39,238 bases of DNA, from IMG/VR virus record IMGVR_UViG_3300011013_000033, positions 1-39,238 of that record. The stretch is one strand, 5' to 3'. Under the pieces are notes generated by a model. That model saw only the letters and a program-made list of their open reading frames with translations, made no database searches and had not been told where the DNA came from. Of the stretch, positions 1-7,263 are shown piece by piece. Source of the stretch: a virus (lineage: Duplodnaviria; Caudoviricetes). Every line of letters begins with the position of its first letter. The stretch's first letter is position 1. The translations under genes and the position numbers were made by a program.

Positions 1-123
1 AATGCGGTTAAGTTTGATCTTCAAAATGGAAAAATAGAAACACTATGTTTTTGTAGAGACAAACATTTAGCGGAAGAAATTGCTTTAGCATTAAATAAAT
101 ATAATGATGAAGATAATGAATAA
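1..123 (+). CDS. 3' end of a small early protein (partial)
   Basis: Frame 1 open from base 1: NAVKFDLQNGKIETLCFCRDKHLAEEIALALNKYNDEDNE*; overlaps the start of the next gene. Confidence 0.6.
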   Translation, partial: NAVKFDLQNGKIETLCFCRDKHLAEEIALALNKYNDEDNE

Positions 124-289
124 TAAAACTTATAAAATAACAATATATGATCCAGATAAAGTTGAAATAAATGGAGAAATTTTAAATGAAGAAGCAACTA
201 TGTGGAAAACATATAAAGATTTTAAGTCTGAAGATGAAGCTAAAAATTGGTTGTTAGATCACATTGAAATAATAGAAATGATAGAATAG
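104..289 (+). CDS. Small acidic hypothetical early protein (start may be 107 or 116)
   Basis: ORF track; coupled to upstream ORF and followed by a hairpin. Confidence 0.7.
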   Translation: MMKIMNNKTYKITIYDPDKVEINGEILNEEATMWKTYKDFKSEDEAKNWLLDHIEIIEMIE

Positions 290-290
290 T

Positions 291-336
291 GGATGAGCCA
301 GTATTGTAGAAAGGAATAAGATTACTGGCTCTATCC
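291..336. terminator. Stem-loop between convergent genes
   Basis: GAGCCAGTA (295-303) / TACTGGCTC (323-331), extendable with GGAT/ATCC; 19-nt loop. Confidence 0.6.
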
Positions 337-380
337 TAAATTCCTTGTTAGAAAAGGAATATGATACCTAGATATTGCTA

Positions 381-659
381 TTAAGCCTTCTTACTATACA
401 ACATCTTGAATTTTTGTGCAATTTCTTTTTCCATGTTAGGATTTTTTTCAAGCCTATTCCAATATTCTGCAACAACCCCATCAATTTCCTTTTCAGTATA
501 ATTCCTAGACCTTAAATAGCTTAATAGGTTTATCAAGGGGGGGTGGCGTACTAATTTTTTCTTGTTTCTATCTATTGCTTGTTTGTAATGAAAGTTCGTA
601 GATTTACGAACTTTGCTTAATTGATTTAATATCAATTTAGGATTAACATATTCAGCCAT
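381..659 (-). CDS. Basic hypothetical protein, replication-module associated
   Basis: 92 aa ORF downstream of a 310-nt non-coding region, same strand as the wHTH initiator-like gene. Confidence 0.65.
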   Translation of the reverse strand: MAEYVNPKLILNQLSKVRKSTNFHYKQAIDRNKKKLVRHPPLINLLSYLRSRNYTEKEIDGVVAEYWNRLEKNPNMEKEIAQKFKMLYSKKA

Positions 660-818
660 ATTCTAACTAGTTAATATTTATATTAGTTCTTTATTCAGGT
701 ATATTTAGTATAGTCCTATCATGGCATAATTTAGACATCCCCTCCTAACTATTTAACTGTTTATTAACAGGATGATTAACACCCCTGACAGACCTACTAA
801 TTAGAGCTTAATTGCTAA

Positions 819-835
819 TTTAGAATAATTCTAAC
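819..835. promoter_or_regulatory. Irr/ICE-like palindrome, copy 1
   Basis: TTTAGAA-TAA-TTCTAAC, 13/14 match to TTTAGAA-N3-TTCTAAA; intergenic. Confidence 0.6.
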
Positions 836-893
836 AAATCCCAAAAAGATGTCAGATTGTCACACCTAAAATAAATGACCCTAAAATTTCAAT

Positions 894-922
894 GCTCTAG
901 TTTTCAATAAAATGAAATACAA
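894..922 (-). promoter_or_regulatory. Predicted leftward sigma70 promoter
   Basis: TTGTAT (922-917), 17 nt, TAGAGC (899-894). Confidence 0.35.
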
Positions 923-945
923 CCTTAAATTTAGAAAAGTCAATG

Positions 946-969
946 TGATATACTAGGGGTTGAAAGGAG
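946..969 (+). promoter_or_regulatory. Extended -10 promoter and RBS of gene 974
   Basis: TG-A-TATACT (946-954), then AAAGGAG (963-969) and ATG at 974. Confidence 0.6.
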
Positions 970-973
970 AAAT

Positions 974-1207
974 ATGTCAGAAAAAAAAGATGATGACTAT
1001 TACCTTTGCCAAGCAATAGGAAGAAGGGGTTTAACTCATGCTTGGGGTCAAGGTAAAACTCCTGAACAAGCTATGGCTCAATGCCATAAAGCAGTACAGG
1101 AGTCTATCGTAGATAAACCATCAAAATTAAGGCATAAACCTTATGCCTATATTGTTGGTCATGCTGATTGGTGGTCTTTGAAAGTCCAAGTAGTATTAGA
1201 CCACTAA
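974..1207 (+). CDS. Stand-alone hypothetical protein (moron-like)
   Basis: 77 aa, strong RBS, own promoter and terminator, opposite strand to both neighbours. Confidence 0.75.
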   Translation: MSEKKDDDYYLCQAIGRRGLTHAWGQGKTPEQAMAQCHKAVQESIVDKPSKLRHKPYAYIVGHADWWSLKVQVVLDH

Positions 1208-1213
1208 AAAAAG

Positions 1214-1241
1214 TAAGGGGAATGATAGCAAGTTCCCCTTA
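1214..1241. terminator. Bidirectional intrinsic terminator
   Basis: TAAGGGGAA / TTCCCCTTA stem with an A-run on the left and TTT on the right, between convergent stops. Confidence 0.7.
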
Positions 1242-1646
1242 TTTAATTAATCTTATTTTTTTACTTTCAACTCCTTGTTGCAACAACCTTTTATTGTATT
1301 GTTCCTTTTGTTTTCTGCTCATTATTTCCCTCAACCTTTGGTTGTTTAAGTAAGCTCTTTCAAAATCAGGATCATCCCTAAAGATATATTTATTAGTCAA
1401 ATTTTTGCCTCTATTTTTCCAAGTAATGTAGCCAAACATAGCCAATCTATCCAATGATCTTAATAGGGTTTTTCTATGCTTTATAGCCAATCTTTTTTTT
1501 AGGTAGGCATGACTAGGGCAACACCCTTTAGGAGCAGTCCTGAGCCTTCTAAGGAGCAGTAAAAGGCATTTCTCAACAGGTTTAAGAACTGGATTATCCA
1601 GTAGCTCATGTTCAACCTTGATAAAACCTTTAGTTTTCTTTTCCAT
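1239..1646 (-). CDS. Winged-HTH protein resembling the N-terminal domain of phage replication initiators
   Basis: GFIKVEHELLD..L...EK..L..L.....CCPS...L...L......L...L..L...GYI.W..RG...TNKY pattern. Confidence 0.65.
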   Translation of the reverse strand: MEKKTKGFIKVEHELLDNPVLKPVEKCLLLLLRRLRTAPKGCCPSHAYLKKRLAIKHRKTLLRSLDRLAMFGYITWKNRGKNLTNKYIFRDDPDFERAYLNNQRLREIMSRKQKEQYNKRLLQQGVESKKIRLIK

Positions 1647-2304
1647 CTTTTTTAATAAATTTTACTTGAGCATTAAAAGAAAAAGATATTCTTTCTGCCT
1701 CCTTATCTTTTGAATAAAAAGGATAAACCATGTGTTGTAGGTGGGAGGGAAAAATCATGTAAGTAGATTTGATTGGTTTTTTAATCCATGAACTAAAGGA
1801 ATAAAAATTAGGCGATCCTTCATGGAACTCAATACATCCTGAGACATCTCTGTGGGGTTTGGCAAAGGGCAAAGGCTCAAATTTTGGTACTTGCAAATAT
1901 CCAACGCAAGATATGGAAGGATGAGGTTGTTCTATTTGAAGGTGGTTGTTATGTTCATGTAGGGAATTAAATTGTAATGGCTTTTGAACAACCGACCAAG
2001 CCGAATTTATAACAACCTTATCAACCTTAGTATCAGGATAAACAGACTGGCAATATTCTGAAATACAAACATCAAAATAATTTCTTTTATATTTCATTAA
2101 GACTTCAGGTGTAATTAAATATTCTGATTCAACTGACCCAGCTAATTTGTGTCCGAATAAATAATCCTTTCTTTTTTCATTAGGTAAATTTCTTATCATC
2201 TTTAAATCATCTAAAAAATCTTTAACTAAATCATCAGGTAATTGTTGTTCAGAAATCATACTGCCAAAAGGCTTAAACATTTTTATATTTATTTTATCTT
2301 TCAT
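1630..2304 (-). CDS. 2OG-Fe(II) dioxygenase (TIGR02466-like)
   Basis: AWSVVQ...FNSLHEH, ISCVGYL, IFPSHLQHMVYPF, ERISFSFN. Confidence 0.85.
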   Translation of the reverse strand: MKDKINIKMFKPFGSMISEQQLPDDLVKDFLDDLKMIRNLPNEKRKDYLFGHKLAGSVESEYLITPEVLMKYKRNYFDVCISEYCQSVYPDTKVDKVVINSAWSVVQKPLQFNSLHEHNNHLQIEQPHPSISCVGYLQVPKFEPLPFAKPHRDVSGCIEFHEGSPNFYSFSSWIKKPIKSTYMIFPSHLQHMVYPFYSKDKEAERISFSFNAQVKFIKKDGKEN

Positions 2305-2794
2305 ATTTAAACTGCTTTAATTTTTTTAATTTTTCTTTTTTAATAGACCAAACATAAGGTCTTTCATTAATGCCAAAATTTGTCCAGTCTCCTAATCTTT
2401 CAATATCATTAGGAGCTACATATCCAGCACAATAATAGGTTGGAAAATCATCTATCATTAAAAAATAATAATCATTCTTTTTTTTATTTTGTCTTACAAT
2501 TAGATTGTGTGTTTTTTTAGACATTAATTGAGATCGCACTTGGCAACTTTTATCATTGATAATTAAATCTGCACCATGAAAATTATTAACACTATGGCTA
2601 AAATATGATTGACACATTTTTGCCAAACTCATTTCAGCTAGACAACCACTAATTGTCATGCCAAATTTTGTATAGGTATCAAAATTAGCACCATGACCCC
2701 ATTGTATTCCTTGTCTTAAACTTTCAATCTCTCTAGTTAAACCAGTAGTTGCACCAGCTAATATTTCTTCCCATTTTAAAGTGATTTTATCCAT
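2294..2794 (-). CDS. Hypothetical protein, possible degenerate PD-(D/E)XK nuclease fold
   Basis: G..AE...A helix followed by ADL....CQVRS. Confidence 0.5.
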   Translation of the reverse strand: MDKITLKWEEILAGATTGLTREIESLRQGIQWGHGANFDTYTKFGMTISGCLAEMSLAKMCQSYFSHSVNNFHGADLIINDKSCQVRSQLMSKKTHNLIVRQNKKKNDYYFLMIDDFPTYYCAGYVAPNDIERLGDWTNFGINERPYVWSIKKEKLKKLKQFKYER

Positions 2795-3107
2795 TCATTA
2801 ATCTCTTAAAAACATTTAGTAATTTTTTGTTATCGTATAATAATCTAACAAATGAAATTGATAAAGCATCTACGACTTTTTCTTCCCCCAATTTAGACAC
2901 ACTTATGCCATCAAAATGACACAATCCATGATACAACTCATGTAAGAAAGTAATGAGGACATTTTTCATGGATTGATTTTTATAGATTAGTATTTGTTTT
3001 TTATCAGGTATGAACATTCCAACACAATCAAGCTCTTGTGCCTCTTTTTTTCCTATATACCTTATGTTGATTTTGTGCCTTTTGTATTTAATACATTTGG
3101 GGAGCAT
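2787..3107 (-). CDS. Zn metallopeptidase-like protein (ImmA/IrrE-like HExxH)
   Basis: GMF....ILI....TFLHELYH....EE..VD; start moved to ATG 3107 (MLPKCIKYK) from promoter geometry. Confidence 0.7.
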   Translation of the reverse strand: MLPKCIKYKRHKINIRYIGKKEAQELDCVGMFIPDKKQILIYKNQSMKNVLITFLHELYHGLCHFDGISVSKLGEEKVVDALSISFVRLLYDNKKLLNVFKRLMNG

Positions 3108-3182
3108 TAATTTATTTATACTCAAAAAAAAAACTAAATCAACTATTGACTTCATTTGCTATTGATAGTAAATAAGATGTCA
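3108..3182. promoter_or_regulatory. Back-to-back divergent promoters
   Basis: Minus: TTGATT(3142-3137)-16-TATAAA(3120-3115)-7-ATG3107. Plus: TTGACT(3146-3151)-17-TAAATA(3169-3174)-8-ATG3183. Confidence 0.65.
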
Positions 3183-4124
3183 ATGAGTAGTGAAGATAGA
3201 TTTACCGACTTGGCTTGGATTCAAGGGGATTTCCAAAAATCAACAATCTCTCCTAGTCAAACCACCTTGCCTGACTATATTTATTTTATCAAATATCAAT
3301 TAGCCACATATTTAAAATTTAAAAAAGAATTACCAAGTGTTTCATTTTTATCTGGAACGCAAGTACATAATTATTTTCAACACATACTAACAGGTAAATT
3401 TAAAATAGAAGATGTTGAAAAACATTTTGCTGACATTGTAAATAAAATTATTTTTCCTGACAAAGATCAAGCCAAGATTGGATATATAAAAAAAGATATT
3501 AAAAAATATGTTCAACATCATTTAGACGCAATTAAAGAAGTATCAAATAATAAAATGGATGGTTGGGAGGTAGAGGTGGAAGGTAATAAATGGTATGATG
3601 AAATGTGGGCAAAGGAAAAATTAAATATTGCTAATGTATATAAAATAGACTGCGTTAATAATGATTTAAAAATATATACCGAACATAAAAATATGTTTGG
3701 GGGTGCATATTTAAGTAAAGCAAAAAAGAATGAAGGGAAAAATATTTATAATTATAGAAAACCTAACACAATAAATTCTCCTAGATTTACTTGGTTAATT
3801 CAAACTGCAATTTATGGCAAACATTTTAATTATGAATATGAGCCACATATTATTGCAGTACATAATGAAGGTTATTATCTTTTTAATAAAGAAAATTGTC
3901 CTGAGCTAACTAAGGAAGGATTAAAATATTACTTTAATAAATTTTTACAAATAAATATTAAAAGACAAAAGATGTTAAGATTGGCAAATGGAAGTATGAA
4001 AGAACTTGCTTGTATAATTGGTATTGATTGGTCTGATATTAGAAATCATAAAGATAATATAATGTTATCCAATATAGAAGATGAAGATATTAAAAAGGTG
4101 GAGGCTTTTTATGATGATATGTAG
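3183..4124 (+). CDS. Putative PD-(D/E)XK exonuclease of a recombination module (start 3177 or 3183)
   Basis: ISPSQ, GTQVH, KIDC...TEHK, Q.AIY motifs; lies upstream of an annealing-like protein. Confidence 0.6.
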   Translation: MSSEDRFTDLAWIQGDFQKSTISPSQTTLPDYIYFIKYQLATYLKFKKELPSVSFLSGTQVHNYFQHILTGKFKIEDVEKHFADIVNKIIFPDKDQAKIGYIKKDIKKYVQHHLDAIKEVSNNKMDGWEVEVEGNKWYDEMWAKEKLNIANVYKIDCVNNDLKIYTEHKNMFGGAYLSKAKKNEGKNIYNYRKPNTINSPRFTWLIQTAIYGKHFNYEYEPHIIAVHNEGYYLFNKENCPELTKEGLKYYFNKFLQINIKRQKMLRLANGSMKELACIIGIDWSDIRNHKDNIMLSNIEDEDIKKVEAFYDDM

Positions 4125-4284
4125 TCCAGATAATTTAACTGAAGAAGATATTAAAAGAATTATAAATAACCAAATTCTTGAGGATTGGGTCAAGGATAAA
4201 GCAAAGGAAGTTTATAAAGAAGAAAAGGAAAAAGAAATACAAGAAATAATAAATCAAGCTAACAGAAGGGAAGGAACAATATGA
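4111..4284 (+). CDS. Small acidic helical protein
   Basis: GGAGG RBS at 4100-4104, ATG 4111, ATGA overlap with next gene. Confidence 0.65.
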   Translation: MMICSPDNLTEEDIKRIINNQILEDWVKDKAKEVYKEEKEKEIQEIINQANRREGTI

Positions 4285-4931
4285 GTAAAGATTTAGGAAT
4301 ATTTAATAAATGTATAGAGGATTTAAAAAAACAAAAAGCAGTTCCTCAACATGGAAAAGATTATTATACAGTAGCAACAAGGCACTCTGTTTTAATGAAT
4401 AATTTTAGTGGGAGGGTTTCAATTAATTCTGAAATTATAAATTCTTTATGTTGTGAACATAAGGTAGCAGTAAAGGCAACTATAAATATTGATAATTATG
4501 GTAGCTTTTCAGGATTAGCATTAGAAAGATATGATTCATCTTTTATAAATAAAACAAGTGCTTTAGAAAATGCTGAAACTTCTGCTTTAGGTAGGGCATT
4601 AGCAGCTTTTGGCTTACATGGTAGTGAATTTGCAAGTGCTGATGAATTAATGACTGCTAAATTAAATCAAAATATAAAAAAAGAAATTCCAAAAGTACAA
4701 ACAAAATCAAATGGCTCTGCAAAAATTAACATAGAAGAAAGAATAAAAAAAATTCAAAGCGATTTTGATAATAAAAAAAATTCATCTGTTTTAGAAAGGG
4801 ATTGTGCCTTACTTAAATCAGAACTGAATAAGGCTGGAAGGTGGGATGAGTTTAAAAACTCAGACAAATTTTTAGCCTTCAAACAACTAGATAATAAAAT
4901 AACCAAACAAAAACAAAAGGAGAGAAAATAA
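4281..4931 (+). CDS. Putative single-strand annealing recombinase (Rad52/ERF-like)
   Basis: GKDY..VA.R and INKTSALENAETSALGRALAAFG...EFASADE motifs. Confidence 0.65.
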   Translation: MSKDLGIFNKCIEDLKKQKAVPQHGKDYYTVATRHSVLMNNFSGRVSINSEIINSLCCEHKVAVKATINIDNYGSFSGLALERYDSSFINKTSALENAETSALGRALAAFGLHGSEFASADELMTAKLNQNIKKEIPKVQTKSNGSAKINIEERIKKIQSDFDNKKNSSVLERDCALLKSELNKAGRWDEFKNSDKFLAFKQLDNKITKQKQKERK

Positions 4932-5128
4932 TGGCTGATTTTATATTAAAAGAAGGCGAAGGTTATCTTAATAGAGATAATGAAAACCCTGAAAAATTTT
5001 GGGGATCATTTAAGGTGGGCAAAGACATGAAGAAGGGAGATACAATCAATCTTACTGAATGGATTAATACTAAAGATGATGGTCGCATAATTCACAAATT
5101 AGTGGAGAGAAAGCCTAAACAGGCTTAA
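4931..5128 (+). CDS. Small beta-rich protein, possibly ssDNA-binding
   Basis: GEGYL....P.FWG......I.L.EW pattern; follows the annealing gene. Confidence 0.5.
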   Translation: MADFILKEGEGYLNRDNENPEKFWGSFKVGKDMKKGDTINLTEWINTKDDGRIIHKLVERKPKQA

Positions 5129-5139
5129 CTCTATTAATC

Positions 5140-5197
5140 AAGGTGGTGGTAATCATTTTAGTCTCCCTCTTAGGTACAAAAATATCACCACCTTTTT
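5140..5197 (+). terminator. Long-loop hairpin followed by a U-run
   Basis: AAGGTGGTGGTA (5140-5151) / TATCACCACCTT (5183-5194) with one G-U pair, then TTT. Confidence 0.6.
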
Positions 5198-5203
5198 AAA
5201 GTT

Positions 5204-5482
5204 ATGAAATTAATAATGATAATATTACATCTGGCTAATGGAGAAGTTGCTAAAGTTCCAGTACAATTAGCAGTAGGAGAATTTTGCTCAGATAAAGTAG
5301 AGGAAATTGTGAAATATGTAGAGAATCCAAATTATAAACCAGACAATAATCAGTCTTGGATTCATACTTATTATAAAGATAAAATAGTATTTGCTAGTCA
5401 TTGTGAAAGCATGGATGGTAAATATTTAATTAGTTGGAACGCTGGAGAGCCATGCAAAAGAAAGGAAACAAATGCAGATTAA
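5204..5482 (+). CDS. Hypothetical protein with hydrophobic N-terminus and Cys residues, possibly exported
   Basis: MKLIMIILHL start; overlaps next gene. Confidence 0.65.
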   Translation: MKLIMIILHLANGEVAKVPVQLAVGEFCSDKVEEIVKYVENPNYKPDNNQSWIHTYYKDKIVFASHCESMDGKYLISWNAGEPCKRKETNAD

Positions 5483-5717
5483 TTATAGAGAACAAAGAAA
5501 TGAACTAAAGAAAAAAGTAGAAAGGCTATCTTTTAGAATTAGTGAGCTTGAAGAAGAAAGGCATAAGCTAGTAAAGAAGAAAGAATTTCTACAAGAGAAA
5601 TGCAGACAAGCTGGAAAAGAAATTGAACAGTTAAAAAAAAATTTAACAATTGCTCAGGAAAGTAAAGAGATTGAGCAGTATGCTAAATCATTAAAGAAGG
5701 GAAAGAAGAAAAAATGA
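5472..5717 (+). CDS. Coiled-coil hypothetical protein
   Basis: E/K/L heptads; AAGGA RBS. Confidence 0.7.
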   Translation: MQINYREQRNELKKKVERLSFRISELEEERHKLVKKKEFLQEKCRQAGKEIEQLKKNLTIAQESKEIEQYAKSLKKGKKKK

Positions 5718-6055
5718 CAGAAGATAATATAAAATATATTCATCAAGACCTTAATGAAAAGATGGTAAAAAAAATGTTGAATGAAAAAGGTAAGGAGTAT
5801 GGCAATTTTGCTAACAATGCTCATGTGGTTGCTGGGTTTATTAGAAGTTATTTAGAAGTAATAAACAAGCAACACCTTCAAGTTCCTATTGAGATTGTTC
5901 CAGCTTTAATGATTGTTCTAAAATTAACTAGAACAATTGATGATGGTACAAAAAAAATTCTTTTTAAAGAAGATACTCACTCAGATATTGGGGGTTATAA
6001 TTCTCTTTTAAGATCAATGATGAAATTCAAGGAGGAAGATAAGCATGGGAAGTAA
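5714..6055 (+). CDS. DUF6378-like / MazG-like nucleotide-modification-associated protein
   Basis: KG.EYGNF..N, MIVLKL.R, DTH.DIGGY. Confidence 0.65.
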   Translation: MTEDNIKYIHQDLNEKMVKKMLNEKGKEYGNFANNAHVVAGFIRSYLEVINKQHLQVPIEIVPALMIVLKLTRTIDDGTKKILFKEDTHSDIGGYNSLLRSMMKFKEEDKHGK

Positions 6056-6314
6056 TGGTAAAGTTTTTTATAGTCCACAAATAAAAAAAATAATTAGTTT
6101 TATGTCAAAATATTATAGGGAAAATGAATGTTATCCCAAGTTAGATGAGATAGGCAAAGAACTAAATGTAAGTAAACAACGCATAGGTATATTAATAAAA
6201 GACGCAGAAAAGCTAGGTTTAGTGGAATCTCATAACTTTTTTATGAGAAAATATAGCTTGATCTCTGTTGGTAAAGACGATAAATTGAAGGTCAATAACT
6301 ACTATAAGGTGTAA
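6045..6314 (+). CDS. LexA-N-like winged-HTH DNA-binding protein
   Basis: FMSKYY.E..CYP.LDEIG..LNVSKQRI..L...E..GLV; GGAGG RBS. Confidence 0.7.
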   Translation: MGSNGKVFYSPQIKKIISFMSKYYRENECYPKLDEIGKELNVSKQRIGILIKDAEKLGLVESHNFFMRKYSLISVGKDDKLKVNNYYKV

Positions 6315-6319
6315 ATGAT

Positions 6320-6571
6320 ATGAAAGGAAAAGTTATTAAGTATTACAACTATGAGATGTTAGTAGTAATGCAAGAAGAATTTGATAGTGCTGAGGATGCA
6401 GCATATCAACTGGAGGCATCAGATAAAGCAACAGTAAAGGAAATAACTGATAAAAAGCTGATGTTTTCAAGAGTCAAACTGTTAAAGGAGGAAAAGGCAG
6501 ATGGACTACGATCCAAAGAAAATAAGGAAGTTAGAGGATCAACAGGAAAAGGAAACCAAACTAATGTATAA
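6320..6571 (+). CDS. Hypothetical protein
   Basis: ORF track; operon context. Confidence 0.65.
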   Translation: MKGKVIKYYNYEMLVVMQEEFDSAEDAAYQLEASDKATVKEITDKKLMFSRVKLLKEEKADGLRSKENKEVRGSTGKGNQTNV

Positions 6572-6668
6572 ATACAAAAGTTGGGTTTTTAAAAAGCAAG
6601 ATGCAATCATAAAGATTGCAAATGATCTTCAAGCTGAAAAGGATAAACAAGACATAATTTTGACATAA
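6501..6668 (+). CDS. 55-aa helical hypothetical protein (not in track)
   Basis: AAGGAGG at 6485-6491; MDYDPKKIRKLEDQQEKETKLMYKYKSWVFKKQDAIIKIANDLQAEKDKQDIILT*. Confidence 0.7.
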   Translation: MDYDPKKIRKLEDQQEKETKLMYKYKSWVFKKQDAIIKIANDLQAEKDKQDIILT

Positions 6669-6683
6669 TCTATCTATAGGTTG

Positions 6684-6692
6684 TGTGGATAA
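6684..6692 (-). promoter_or_regulatory. Perfect DnaA box
   Basis: TGTGGATAA is the reverse complement of TTATCCACA; intergenic, 35 nt upstream of the XRE gene. Confidence 0.5.
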
Positions 6693-6726
6693 AAGGTTTA
6701 TAAGTTAAAAGAAAGGAAGGGTATCT

Positions 6727-7152
6727 ATGCCCAATTTAAAAAGAGACGATGTAGAAAGGATCAGCGATACATCTTTTAATATACATTGTGGAAAAAAAAT
6801 TAGAAACCGAAGATTGCAATTAAAAAAAACGCAAACTTGGTTGGCTAATAAAATCCAAAAAACATTCCAACAAGTACAAAAATATGAGAAGGGAACTAAT
6901 GGTTGTAGTAGCATAAGGTTAATGGAAATTGCTAATGCACTTAAAGTTCCTACTTGTTATTTTTTTGATGGATTTAATATTAAAACTTACACAAGTAATA
7001 TGAACTATGGGGATAACTTACCTGAGTTGAATAGATGTAATCAGCACAGAAATGAAAAGATCTATCCTAACCCTAATTCTTATGGTGTAATGACCGACCA
7101 TTTGAATCTGCCTACCATGTTAGCAGTTAAAACAGGTCAAGAAAACTTATAA
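6727..7152 (+). CDS. XRE-family (HTH_3) transcriptional regulator, alphaproteobacterial type
   Basis: HCGKKIRNRR..L..TQ..LA....TFQQVQKYEKG.N....RL..IA.AL.VP..YFFDG. Confidence 0.9.
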   Translation: MPNLKRDDVERISDTSFNIHCGKKIRNRRLQLKKTQTWLANKIQKTFQQVQKYEKGTNGCSSIRLMEIANALKVPTCYFFDGFNIKTYTSNMNYGDNLPELNRCNQHRNEKIYPNPNSYGVMTDHLNLPTMLAVKTGQENL

Positions 7153-7178
7153 ACAATCATATAAGTTGTATGTGAGGT

Positions 7179-7207
7179 GTAGGCAGTCTAAGAATAAGGC
7201 TGCCTAC
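7179..7207. terminator. Strong hairpin where the middle and late transcription units converge
   Basis: GTAGGCAGTCT / AGGCTGCCTAC, 11 bp with one G-U pair. Confidence 0.65.
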
Positions 7208-7235
7208 CCTGAGAAGTGTAAAATGATAGACCTTT

Positions 7236-7263
7236 AATATATTAGAATCATTCTAAAATACAA
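7236..7263 (-). promoter_or_regulatory. Predicted leftward promoter with Irr/ICE-like palindrome (copy 2, 7241-7257) in its spacer
   Basis: TTGTAT-TTTAGAATGATTCTAA-TATATT on the minus strand. Confidence 0.55.

Noticed and set aside
361-384. Minigene MIPRYCY after AAAGGA
   Set aside because: RBS only 2 nt from the ATG and inside a hairpin; no other support
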